IMG/VR virus record: IMGVR_UViG_3300042691_029887 | Location: 10,845-74,844 of that record | Reading direction: 5' to 3' (one strand) | Length of the DNA stretch: 64,000 bases | Source of the DNA: a virus | Taxonomy: Duplodnaviria > Heunggongvirae > Uroviricota > Caudoviricetes | Part shown: piece after piece, positions 20,364 through 29,261 of the stretch | Numbering within the stretch: position 1 is the stretch's first letter | How the letters are laid out: the number at the start of each line of letters is the position of its first letter | Notes under the pieces: generated by a model | What the model was told of the DNA's origin: nothing | What the model saw: the letters and a program-made list of their open reading frames with translations, nothing else | The model's database searches: none | Made by a program: the position numbers and the translations under genes

Positions 20364-20882
20364 TTACAGTTCCTCGTCGGGTGGTTGAATTGGCATAGGT
20401 TTGCCAGTTGAACTCATTGTTGGCGAGCTAGGTGCTGCGAAACTTGAAGCTGCAGGCATCGAACTTGCCATTGGTGCTGACATACTAGGAGCAGTAGGAC
20501 TCTTATAACTCATATTGACTCCGCCAATACTAGCACTTGCACTGAAGCCGCCGCCTGATGGTGAACTGGGGGCTGGGGGTGGGGCTGATTTAGAAGCATT
20601 GTCTAATGCTTTAGCACGGAGATCTTTGTCATCACCAGCTAACATAATACCAGACAGTGTACCAGTTAAGAATGTGGCAATGGGAATAATAAGTTCGAAG
20701 AATTTATTGTCTACTGGACTCATCCCATTCATTGGCTGTGTTACAAATATAAGACTGTATAACACAACAAATACAATACCAAATAATGTTAGGCCTAATA
20801 TTAGACCAATAAAAAATTTCAATCTAGCATTTAGCTCTTCGGTGGTATATTTCTCACCTCTAAACAAACTATCTAGCATCAC
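20364..20882 (-). CDS. membrane protein with Ser/Pro/Ala-rich C-terminal tail
   Basis: 172 aa; two TM helices; low-complexity PPAPSSPSGGG...MSAPMASSMPAASS tail. Confidence 0.5.
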   Translation of the reverse strand: MMLDSLFRGEKYTTEELNARLKFFIGLILGLTLFGIVFVVLYSLIFVTQPMNGMSPVDNKFFELIIPIATFLTGTLSGIMLAGDDKDLRAKALDNASKSAPPPAPSSPSGGGFSASASIGGVNMSYKSPTAPSMSAPMASSMPAASSFAAPSSPTMSSTGKPMPIQPPDEEL

Positions 20883-21120
20883 AACCTCCTTTATTCGTGA
20901 TCTGCGGGCTTACTACTTGCTTAGTACTAGTCCCGGCAGTTTTATCTTTCTCATAATGTGTTAAATCCTCTGGGCAAGTGCCGTTAGCACTACAGTAAGG
21001 TTTTTGACATATTTTTTGTCCCCAATTTTCAGGGTCTTGGCAGGGATAGCGATAATTTTCATCACACCCTGTTAATAATAGTATAGCTGGCGCTAACCAT
21101 AGAAACCATTTTTTACTCAT
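20869..21120 (-). CDS. small Cys-rich lipoprotein
   Basis: 83 aa; lipobox LLTGC after a signal peptide; 8 Cys. Confidence 0.5.
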   Translation of the reverse strand: MSKKWFLWLAPAILLLTGCDENYRYPCQDPENWGQKICQKPYCSANGTCPEDLTHYEKDKTAGTSTKQVVSPQITNKGGCDAR

Positions 21121-21151
21121 CGCCGCTCCTTCTTCTATGTAAACGTATTTA

Positions 21152-21177
21152 ACAAAAAAGCCCAGAAAAACTGGGCT
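21152..21177 (-). terminator. intrinsic terminator (AGCCCAG-AAAAA-CTGGGCT + U-tract on the minus strand)
   Basis: 7-bp stem and TTTTTTG after the minus-strand gene ending at 21205. Confidence 0.7.
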
Positions 21178-21204
21178 TAGGTAAAACCTTATTAAATGCT
21201 ACTA

Positions 21205-21684
21205 TTACTTGGTTGCTAACGGATTATCTAATGCTTTTTGGATCTTGGTATCGATCTCTTTGCGCAACTGACGTATGTCCTGCTCAACTTCTCTAGACAT
21301 CTGCTTGTTACCACGCTCTACATCTTCGACTACCTTTTCTAATCTACGCAGATCAGTCTTGATATCGTTTTTAATATCTCTAGTATAATCATTAGTTTTG
21401 GCTGCAGATTCTTCTACTACTGTTAACCGCTTATCAAATTCAGATAGATCTGGCGCCACATATGTGGCTATTTTCTGCTTCATATCTTGATAACCTTTAT
21501 ATACTTCAAAAGCACCGTACAGCCCACCTAGTACTGATGAAATAATACCCCCAGCAATCATAAGTTTAGCAGGAGTGAAACTGTATCCTCCTATACTAAT
21601 TACTGTGTTGGCGCTAAGATATTTTTCTTTAGCTGCTTCTAACTCGTCAATCTGTTTGTTTACGTCTTTAATTTCTTCTCCCAT
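21205..21684 (-). CDS. membrane-anchored coiled-coil protein (tandem paralog A)
   Basis: 159 aa; shares EAAKEKYLSANTVISIGGYSFTPAKLMIAGGIISSVLGGLYGAFEVYK block with the neighbouring gene. Confidence 0.55.
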   Translation of the reverse strand: MGEEIKDVNKQIDELEAAKEKYLSANTVISIGGYSFTPAKLMIAGGIISSVLGGLYGAFEVYKGYQDMKQKIATYVAPDLSEFDKRLTVVEESAAKTNDYTRDIKNDIKTDLRRLEKVVEDVERGNKQMSREVEQDIRQLRKEIDTKIQKALDNPLATK

Positions 21685-21694
21685 TTTCCCCTCC

Positions 21695-22303
21695 TTAGTT
21701 AGACAATGGGTTGTCTAACGCTTTTTTAATTTTATCATCTACTTCTTTTCTCATGGCACGTATTTCAGCCTGAGTTTCTTTCTGATTTCTAGCCATCTCT
21801 TGATTGCTTCTGGCTATTTCTTGATTGATCTCTTTAACAGTTTGATCACTATATCTTCTAACTTCTTTAAGAGTACCGTCAACATCTCGTTTGATCTCCT
21901 TAACTGTTTGCTCAGTATCTCTTGCTGTCTGCTTGGAACTGCGCTCAGTATTTTCAACTACGTTTTCTAATCTGCGTACATCGTTCTTTAGATCGATTTT
22001 GATGTTGTCTGTATATTCTACCATCTTACTTGTATTGGCATCTAATACTTCCATCTTTTTATAGATCTCAGTTAAGTCAGGTGTAACATAATTTGCGATC
22101 TTGTCTTTCATATCCATGTAATCTTTATAGACTTCAAAAGCACCATATAAGCCACCTAATACTGTACTGACTATAGTGGCAGCGATCATTAACTTAGCCG
22201 GGGTAAAGGCATATCCACCAATACTGATCACAGTATTTTCGCTTAGATATTTTTCTTTAGCTACTTCTAATTCGTCTACTTTCTCGTCAATATTTTTTGA
22301 CAT
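21695..22303 (-). CDS. membrane-anchored coiled-coil protein (tandem paralog B)
   Basis: 202 aa; ~70% identical N-terminal half to 21205..21684, extended charged coiled-coil C-terminus. Confidence 0.55.
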   Translation of the reverse strand: MSKNIDEKVDELEVAKEKYLSENTVISIGGYAFTPAKLMIAATIVSTVLGGLYGAFEVYKDYMDMKDKIANYVTPDLTEIYKKMEVLDANTSKMVEYTDNIKIDLKNDVRRLENVVENTERSSKQTARDTEQTVKEIKRDVDGTLKEVRRYSDQTVKEINQEIARSNQEMARNQKETQAEIRAMRKEVDDKIKKALDNPLSN

Positions 22304-22527
22304 TTTAAAACTCCTAATTATTTTAGACCTTGTTCACGTCTAAGTTTTTCTGCCATTTTATGCATGGCTAATGCTTGAGCCGCCGTTGGCCCGTTATTAA
22401 CTGGTTGTTCTACTGTTCTAATCTCTTGCTTTGGCTCTTTATAATACCAAACTGCTACTGCTATTAAACACAGAACTTCTAACAAATAAAATACCATAAA
22501 AGATTCAAATAGTAATGTTGTTTCCAT

Positions 22528-25056
22528 TTATTTTTCCATTTTATATTGTTGATCTATCATCTCAGAGTGTAGTCTATCTGACCCTGTCATCAATCTTCTA
22601 CCAGAAGGTGTGTCAATATTTCTTTGACCTGGATATATTTCGAAAGGTCTATAACCTTGTGTATCTGGAAGCATCACTCTGCCATACGAATCAAAACCAG
22701 GCGTAAATCCCATAGCTTGTATGACCACATTTTGTACTGCTATTTGCGCTTCCATTGTGGCAGCTTCTCCCATTTTATTTGCTAATTGTTTGCCTTGTTC
22801 CACTGCCTTCTCTTTGGCAGCGGCTTCACGTTTTTCTTGTATCTCTTGTCGAGCAGTTTTAGGTTTATCTTTATCACCAGCATCAGATGATCCCGCTGAT
22901 CTAGTTGCTGGACCTTGACCCGAAGGCGCTACTTCAGTTTTAGCACCTTCCTTTTTCTTATCTTCTTTAGAAGACGCTGCCGCCATAGGCATTGCTGGCC
23001 CAGCAGTTGAACTTGGCGATTGTGAATTAGAATTAGATGGTGTTAGTTTTACGGTTGCTGTAGTGTCACTAGGAGATGCTGATGTTGCCTGTCTATCAAC
23101 TACACTATCTACACTGCTGTCACCAGTCTTAGAAATATTAGTTTCTACTTTACCTGAAGAACTAACAGCCACAGTTGGTTCTGATACTGACACTTTTGAA
23201 GATCCGCCAATTGATGCAGATTTGGTTGTGCTGTAACCTGGACACATAGTATTACTTTGAGGGTTCGATCCACAAGACGAGAGAGTTGTTGTATAACTTG
23301 GGCAGTATGTATACGTTAAAGAATTAGCTGTACAAGCATTATTAGCCGCAGTATATCCAGAACATAATGTATTACTCATTGGATTGGTAGAACAAGTATT
23401 CAATGCTGATTGATATCCAGGACAATAACTTTGACTCAGTGCATTAGCACTACAGGAAGCAGTAGCAGTTTGATATGTTGGACAAAGATTATTGAATAAT
23501 GGATCTGTAGAGCAATAGTTTAATTCTGTCTGATACGTTGGACAATAATTATATAAAAGTCCATTTGTTGCACATTGATTTACAGCAGTAGTGTAACCCG
23601 GGCAATATGCTGCATACAAAGGATTTGCATTACATTGAGTTGTCGCTGTCTGGTAGTTGGAACATTTAGAATCATATAATGGGTTGATAGAGCACTGTTG
23701 ATTAAGGTATGCTTGAGCATACCCAGGACAGCTAGGTGAATATAAAGGATTAGCATTACATTGTTGAGTCAAATAAGCAGCGGCATATCCAGGACATGAA
23801 GTATCGTAAAGAGCATTAGCTGTACATTGTTGTGTGAAAAATGCTTGGGCATATCCAGGACATGAAGTATCGTAAAGAGCATTAGCTGTACATTGTTGTG
23901 TGAAAAATGCTTGGGCATATCCAGGACATTGAGAGCTGGTTAAAGGATTTGTGTTACATATATCTGGAGTAAAATTGAAGCCCATATAAGGAGTTACGGC
24001 TGCTATACCACCTGTATACGTACTAATGCTGGCTGCACCTAGTGTAGAAATATCTCTGCTGGTACTACCTAATAATATTTCTCTTCGAAAACTTCCACTG
24101 ATATTTTGCCCAGAAGTATGATTACTGTCGGTCAATATAGTATTAGCATTGTTGTCTGTAATAGCTAAAGCACCGCCCACATAACTGTCAGACCAAGCAA
24201 AGCATATACCGATCAGACTGAATCCAGAACAGTAGTTACCACCTATATTATAGTCATATCCCCAATTCACACTGTGTACACGCACACCTGTATTACCAAA
24301 TCCTAGAGCTTGATTTATAGCGAACGTAGAACCGTAAACAGATGTTAAGTCTCCACTATACCACATGTCTGAATTACTATAACCAGCACAACTAGGACTG
24401 TATCTAGGATTTCCCGCACAAGGATCTACTGTATATTGCAAACCTATAGTTGGATTTCTAACTTGTGGTCCATAGTAGCCTGCCCAAAATCTTGCGTCCT
24501 TGCCAGTGAAAGAAAGTTCCAAGGTGGATAGATTCGCCAATGTATAATCTTGTGGAAACCACTGTGTGCCAGAGAAGTTTATAAACCCTCCGCTTTGTTG
24601 TGGATAGTTGTAGTTGTAGGTCTGGAGAGCATTTCCTACAGCATCTTTTAATACAACTTGACCTGTTAATGTTCCATATTGACCAGATGCTGGATCATTA
24701 TTGACACTCCAAGAATAATTATAACCACCAACTTGTATTCCAGTTCCTGATAATGCTTGATTAATAGCCATTGTTTGTGCAGTCGTAGCTGTTGTGTAAC
24801 CAAATATAATCGTATTTGTTGTCGGATTAAATGCAGGAGTATTTCCTCCAGAAAACCCACCATTTTGTCCTTGGACTGTCCCAGTCCAAGAATTTACTGT
24901 TGGATTTAATAAATTTGGTGTTGTTATATACGTTGAATTAGGAGATGGTTGTGTCCCTACTACTTGGGCATTAGAGTAAGAGAATGAGCAGAAGAATAGC
25001 ACTACCACTAATGCCCCAAAATGTTTTGCTATTCTTTTCATTGTTCTGCTCATCAA
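22528..25056 (-). CDS. large secreted Cys-repeat protein (~12 tandem CPGY-x-C-x-N-x-LY repeats; Lys/Glu-rich C-terminal region)
   Basis: 842 aa; signal peptide; repeats CPGYAQAFFTQQCTANALYDTS (x2 identical), CPGYAAAYLTQQCNANPLYSPS, etc.; Ser/Thr-rich linker; KE-rich segment. Confidence 0.7.
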   Translation of the reverse strand: MMSRTMKRIAKHFGALVVVLFFCSFSYSNAQVVGTQPSPNSTYITTPNLLNPTVNSWTGTVQGQNGGFSGGNTPAFNPTTNTIIFGYTTATTAQTMAINQALSGTGIQVGGYNYSWSVNNDPASGQYGTLTGQVVLKDAVGNALQTYNYNYPQQSGGFINFSGTQWFPQDYTLANLSTLELSFTGKDARFWAGYYGPQVRNPTIGLQYTVDPCAGNPRYSPSCAGYSNSDMWYSGDLTSVYGSTFAINQALGFGNTGVRVHSVNWGYDYNIGGNYCSGFSLIGICFAWSDSYVGGALAITDNNANTILTDSNHTSGQNISGSFRREILLGSTSRDISTLGAASISTYTGGIAAVTPYMGFNFTPDICNTNPLTSSQCPGYAQAFFTQQCTANALYDTSCPGYAQAFFTQQCTANALYDTSCPGYAAAYLTQQCNANPLYSPSCPGYAQAYLNQQCSINPLYDSKCSNYQTATTQCNANPLYAAYCPGYTTAVNQCATNGLLYNYCPTYQTELNYCSTDPLFNNLCPTYQTATASCSANALSQSYCPGYQSALNTCSTNPMSNTLCSGYTAANNACTANSLTYTYCPSYTTTLSSCGSNPQSNTMCPGYSTTKSASIGGSSKVSVSEPTVAVSSSGKVETNISKTGDSSVDSVVDRQATSASPSDTTATVKLTPSNSNSQSPSSTAGPAMPMAAASSKEDKKKEGAKTEVAPSGQGPATRSAGSSDAGDKDKPKTARQEIQEKREAAAKEKAVEQGKQLANKMGEAATMEAQIAVQNVVIQAMGFTPGFDSYGRVMLPDTQGYRPFEIYPGQRNIDTPSGRRLMTGSDRLHSEMIDQQYKMEK
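23785..23942. repeat. perfect 66-bp tandem duplication inside the Cys-repeat gene (plus older degenerate copies upstream to ~23200)
   Basis: catatccaggacatgaagtatcgtaaagagcattagctgtacattgttgtgtgaaaaatgcttggg occurs twice in tandem; encodes the identical CPGYAQAFFTQQCTANALYDTS units. Confidence 0.85.
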
Positions 25057-25614
25057 TTACTTTGGGTCTGAAGACTCTTTTCTTTCTTCAGACTTAGATG
25101 CTTCTTTTAAATCTACTGTTGGAGGTCTTACAGCATAATATCCAACATTGTCTTTCTTTTGATTGCTAACCACACCTCTTTTTTCCCATTCTTGTTTAGC
25201 TTGTTCACCAATCTTACCGTCAATTGGACAAGGCGTTCCAGCAGCCAACATGGCAGCGAACACTCGCTCATCCTGACATAGAGTAGCAACAGCCGCTACT
25301 TTCATGCCCATGTCAAATAAATTTTTACTAAGTTTGATTCTTTCGCAATTCATATCCCTCATGGTTCCGCCCATGCTGATACCAAGAATCTGCGTTTGCA
25401 CAGCACCTGATGCTGCCACAGCACAAACATCATTGTTTATGGTAGTAACTGCAGGTGCTACGGCTGTAGGTGGTGGAGATTTAACAGTAGTGGTACTGTT
25501 ATTTTCAGTGATGCTTCTAGATGTACTATCTGTTCTTATTGTGTTGTCTGTTGTTTGTGCAAGCACAGACAACGAGCTCGCTGCAAGAATCGCAGACACT
25601 ATAATTTTTTTCAT
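25057..25614 (-). CDS. secreted hypothetical protein
   Basis: 185 aa; signal peptide MKKIIVSAILAASSLSVLA; Thr-rich linker; ATG abuts the stop of the Cys-repeat gene. Confidence 0.5.
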   Translation of the reverse strand: MKKIIVSAILAASSLSVLAQTTDNTIRTDSTSRSITENNSTTTVKSPPPTAVAPAVTTINNDVCAVAASGAVQTQILGISMGGTMRDMNCERIKLSKNLFDMGMKVAAVATLCQDERVFAAMLAAGTPCPIDGKIGEQAKQEWEKRGVVSNQKKDNVGYYAVRPPTVDLKEASKSEERKESSDPK

Positions 25615-25729
25615 ATTTTTCGCTCCTTGGGTGACCCAAAATTATTTACCCAAGGAGGACTGATGAATTATGTGTATAGTGAATTATTATAAAAATTAAC
25701 TTCTTAATAGTAATAGTTAATTTTGAATG

Positions 25730-27151
25730 TTACGGTTTAACAACTTTACGTCTAGTTCTAGTTTCTTTACCGTAAGTAATTTTTGGAGCTTGTCCAGTTG
25801 GATTGGTCCAATTGAATAGATCACTACCTAATTCGTAATTGTCCCAATTAGCAGAAATTTGTTTGCTGTCAGTTACTAATTGATAAGAATTATCACCTTG
25901 ATTTATAAACAATATCCCATGCATTTTGGCGCCAGTCTTTTTATCAGCAGTCGTTAATACATAATAATCATAGCTGAATAAAAACCAATTTTTTCTAAAT
26001 GTTTCTACATCAAATCCGTTATCATCAAAAGAATTTAAAATTTTCTTTCTCATGGAAACGGTGCTCATAGGATATAAAACTTGTAATACGCCGTCAAACG
26101 CTTCTACTAATAGATCTTTTTTCTTTGGATTTTTACTAACTCTTAAAGCATCACTTAGAGCCTTTAAACTTTTCTTACCAAAATGGAAATATTTCTTTAG
26201 ACTATAACCACTTTCTTCCAGATACATCATACCTTCTTTACCAAGTGCTTCGAAGACTTTAGTAGCCCATGGAGTATACATCACGGCTGCATTACCGTAA
26301 ACCTCACCTCCGCCAAATCCTTTTAATCTAGCACCAATAGCTTTAACTTCTATTTCTAATCCGTTGATGTTTAAATCTCCAGGACTGAGTTTTTGTACAG
26401 GATTACCAAGAATAGTGATTAAATCTTCACCTGCTCCTTTGTTAGCAGAGCTTACTTGTGTGGGGAAATCTTTTCTATTTCTTAGTTTTAAGAATAGATT
26501 GATTACTGCTTTATTAGCTTTGTATTTTGGCAATATCAAATCTAATAACGATCCTTGGCCTGGTGAATCAAATTTAGTTAGATCTAATACACCGCCTTTT
26601 AAAAGTATATTTGATAAGTCGTTTCTTTGATGGAATGTTGCAGGTAATTCATAAAATAAACTTGCCAGTAAATCGGCGCCTTCTGCTTTATACATTTTCA
26701 TTGACATCAATTCTTTACAGTTTCTTACAATATTTTCTCTGTAAGCAAAAGTAATGATATCCATAACTTCTTGAGAATTTGCACCCTGTTGCATCAAAAC
26801 TTTTTTCAATTGATCAGCGTTTGTTTTAGAATATGTTAATGCTTCTAAGGTAGCAGTTTCAGGAGGCTGCTGTACAGGTGTCTGTGATTTTCCTGGTATT
26901 TTAGGTTCTACAGACTGTGGTTGATCTACTGATTTTTGATTATTTGGAGCAACCTTTGTAGTAGGCTCAGCATTCGTAGTCTGTTTTGAAGAAGACATTA
27001 TTTGCTGTAGTTGCGCCATAGCCTTTTTAGCAATGTCTGGATCTATTTCACCAGTCTGTATATCCTTTAAGAACTGAGCAGGGCTATCGTTTGACACTTC
27101 GGCAAACTCACGAAGTATTTGTTTAGCAGGTTTAAATTCATTAAATCTCAT
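25730..27151 (-). CDS. hypothetical protein
   Basis: 473 aa; Gln/Pro-rich linker; no recognisable motif. Confidence 0.5.
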   Translation of the reverse strand: MRFNEFKPAKQILREFAEVSNDSPAQFLKDIQTGEIDPDIAKKAMAQLQQIMSSSKQTTNAEPTTKVAPNNQKSVDQPQSVEPKIPGKSQTPVQQPPETATLEALTYSKTNADQLKKVLMQQGANSQEVMDIITFAYRENIVRNCKELMSMKMYKAEGADLLASLFYELPATFHQRNDLSNILLKGGVLDLTKFDSPGQGSLLDLILPKYKANKAVINLFLKLRNRKDFPTQVSSANKGAGEDLITILGNPVQKLSPGDLNINGLEIEVKAIGARLKGFGGGEVYGNAAVMYTPWATKVFEALGKEGMMYLEESGYSLKKYFHFGKKSLKALSDALRVSKNPKKKDLLVEAFDGVLQVLYPMSTVSMRKKILNSFDDNGFDVETFRKNWFLFSYDYYVLTTADKKTGAKMHGILFINQGDNSYQLVTDSKQISANWDNYELGSDLFNWTNPTGQAPKITYGKETRTRRKVVKP

Positions 27152-27157
27152 AATAAA

Positions 27158-27841
27158 CTATTTACCAATTTCAGGGAACAGACAATCTTGTATGAATACA
27201 CGTACATCTTCCTCATTTAGCCCTAAACTAGCCATTACACGCGGTGTATGGGGGTTTTGCTTTTGATTGTATGCGTAGTAGTTTTGTTCTTCTTTAGTAT
27301 TGTTAGCAGTATTGTTAGTTTCGCCTACAGTTTCTAAATAGTGATTAATACTGTCTTTAGCAAACTGTACAATCTGATCTAGTTCTTCCTGCTTTTGCAC
27401 GTTACCTGCGGCTATCATACTTCCGCTAAAAATACGCTCTGCCCAATCAGGAAGTTTGCGTACTTTATTCCATTCTAGTTTCTGTGCTTCGTCCGCAAAG
27501 TAGTCTAGCATTGGATGTTCTTTATCGCCGCCTGGACTGTAGTCTATGAAACAGCCAGTAATTTTATTCTTGCCTGCGATAACATCGAACCCAAATATCG
27601 GTGCCGGATTATGTGTATGAGGGAAGACACAACAGTGCATCATCCACAAGCCTTTAGTCTCTCTAGCATCTACTACATCTATATGTGCTCTGCGATAATT
27701 ATCAGAAGTCCATACACGATTGACCCAACCAGGCTGATTGAATCTATCCATTCCTGGTTCTTGTGTTTCTACACCTGTGTTATTGAAACTCTCTTCCAGT
27801 AGTGTCTGTATTTGAATCAATGTATTCCAGACTTGGCTCAT
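27158..27841 (-). CDS. ferredoxin-dependent bilin reductase (PebA/PebS/PcyA family)
   Basis: 227 aa; FDBR signature LWMMHCCVFPHTHNPAPIFGFDVIAG...CFIDYSP (HxxxFP...PIFGxDxV...DxSP) and N-terminal W..RRAHIDVVDA block. Confidence 0.72.
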   Translation of the reverse strand: MSQVWNTLIQIQTLLEESFNNTGVETQEPGMDRFNQPGWVNRVWTSDNYRRAHIDVVDARETKGLWMMHCCVFPHTHNPAPIFGFDVIAGKNKITGCFIDYSPGGDKEHPMLDYFADEAQKLEWNKVRKLPDWAERIFSGSMIAAGNVQKQEELDQIVQFAKDSINHYLETVGETNNTANNTKEEQNYYAYNQKQNPHTPRVMASLGLNEEDVRVFIQDCLFPEIGK

Positions 27842-28379
27842 TATAAAGTTCCTTCATCATTTTAATTGCCCACTCAAAAGCCACACGAGCTTCGTCGCCA
27901 AGATCATCAGTTAGTTCAGATCTTATAGAAACTTTGAGTTCTTCTGGATTTTTAAAATCATAGAAGCGACCTTTTGAAATATGAGCTACTTGTTTCTTGA
28001 TTATCTGACCTCCGTATAAATCACCCATGTGTCTACAATACAAGTGTGCTTTTATTTTTGGTCTCTGTTGTGGATCACGTACTAGATCTAATAGATAATT
28101 GTAATACTCTAATGTTCCAGGCAACCATTTGTATTTGTGATCAACACCTGCGATTTCAATAAAATCTTGATAGATTTCATGAGTGCGTTCTAATCCTGGA
28201 AGTTTAGTAAAATTTCCTTCTACACGATTACCGAGTTCTATGATGTTGTAAATTAATACCATTTGATAAAGATAATTTGCATAATCTTCTTTATCTATTT
28301 TGCCACTTAATAAAAGTTTAGCAAACTTTGTAGTTTCTGCGTCATGATGAAGATCTTTTGTGATTTCTTTTAAGCTCAT
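27780..28379 (-). CDS. heme oxygenase
   Basis: 199 aa; HO N-terminal helix with proximal His (LKEITKDLHHDAETTKFAK), YxxxxxxY and GDLYGGQ-like motif (MGDLYGGQII). Confidence 0.75.
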   Translation of the reverse strand: MSLKEITKDLHHDAETTKFAKLLLSGKIDKEDYANYLYQMVLIYNIIELGNRVEGNFTKLPGLERTHEIYQDFIEIAGVDHKYKWLPGTLEYYNYLLDLVRDPQQRPKIKAHLYCRHMGDLYGGQIIKKQVAHISKGRFYDFKNPEELKVSIRSELTDDLGDEARVAFEWAIKMMKELYNEPSLEYIDSNTDTTGREFQ

Positions 28380-28382
28380 AAA

Positions 28383-28685
28383 TCATTCCGATTCAATTTT
28401 GACAGTTAATGGATGACCAGCGGCTCTTGCGATAGCAGTAGTTTCTATTCCTTTCTGCTCGGCGATTTCAAAAGGATAAACACCCACAACAGCAAACCCG
28501 TCGTTGTGAATTTTTAATGTTAAATTTTGACTGACTTCTTCATTGTGATGAAATATATTCACCAGAACTTCTATGACAAAATCCATAGGAGTTTTATCAT
28601 CATTTACAAAAATAACTTTAAACTTTCTTGGTTCTATGATATTAGTAGTAACGAGATTTTTTTGTTCAGTTGCTGTATCAGCCAT
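28383..28685 (-). CDS. clpS: ATP-dependent Clp protease adaptor ClpS
   Basis: 100 aa; NDDKTPMDFVIEVL...LKIHNDGFAVVGVY...AGHPL collinear with ClpS. Confidence 0.85.
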   Translation of the reverse strand: MADTATEQKNLVTTNIIEPRKFKVIFVNDDKTPMDFVIEVLVNIFHHNEEVSQNLTLKIHNDGFAVVGVYPFEIAEQKGIETTAIARAAGHPLTVKIESE

Positions 28686-28765
28686 TGCGTATCCTGTAAG
28701 TTGTTTGTTTTTATATTATACTAATATTGGGGGAAAGTTGCAAGAACACTCTCCCCCAATAATAT

Positions 28766-29209
28766 TTACTCAGAGTATTTGACGTCTATTCTTCTAGGCT
28801 TCAAAGATTCTGGAACGATCTTTTCTAGCCTAATAGTCAATACACCATTTTTCTGCTCAGCATCAACAACTTCAATATGATCGGCAAGTGGAAAATGACG
28901 CTTGAAATTACGCTGTGCAAGCCCACGATGGATAAAATTCTTTTCATCGCTATCGTCATTTCTTTCAGCTGTAATGATCAAGATATTTTGGTCAATCTCT
29001 ACACTGACTTCTTCTTTATTGAATCCAGTGACTGCTACTTGGATTTCGTACTTGTTTTCTTCCACTTTTACAACATTATGTGGAGGATAGTTGTTACTTA
29101 ATTGATTAGCAAAACGTCTTTCAAAATTATTAAAAACGTCGTCAAAACCAATAAGTGCTCTGTTTAGAGCGTTAAGTGCATTTGTATCAAATCTTACTAA
29201 TTGTGTCAT
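28766..29209 (-). CDS. small heat-shock protein Hsp20/IbpA family
   Basis: 147 aa; alpha-crystallin domain YEIQVAVTGFNKEEVSVEI...GVLTIRL; strong RBS AAAGGAGA. Confidence 0.85.
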   Translation of the reverse strand: MTQLVRFDTNALNALNRALIGFDDVFNNFERRFANQLSNNYPPHNVVKVEENKYEIQVAVTGFNKEEVSVEIDQNILIITAERNDDSDEKNFIHRGLAQRNFKRHFPLADHIEVVDAEQKNGVLTIRLEKIVPESLKPRRIDVKYSE

Positions 29210-29261
29210 TTTTTATCTCCTTTTAAAGTAAGAAAAAATTGAGCCCTATGACGGTGCTCGC

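Noticed and set aside
23200-23950. Regularly spaced repeats that could superficially resemble a CRISPR array
   Set aside because: The repeats are in-frame coding repeats (the CPGY...C module) of a large ORF with a signal peptide, and the spacers are not unique non-coding sequence; this is not a CRISPR array.
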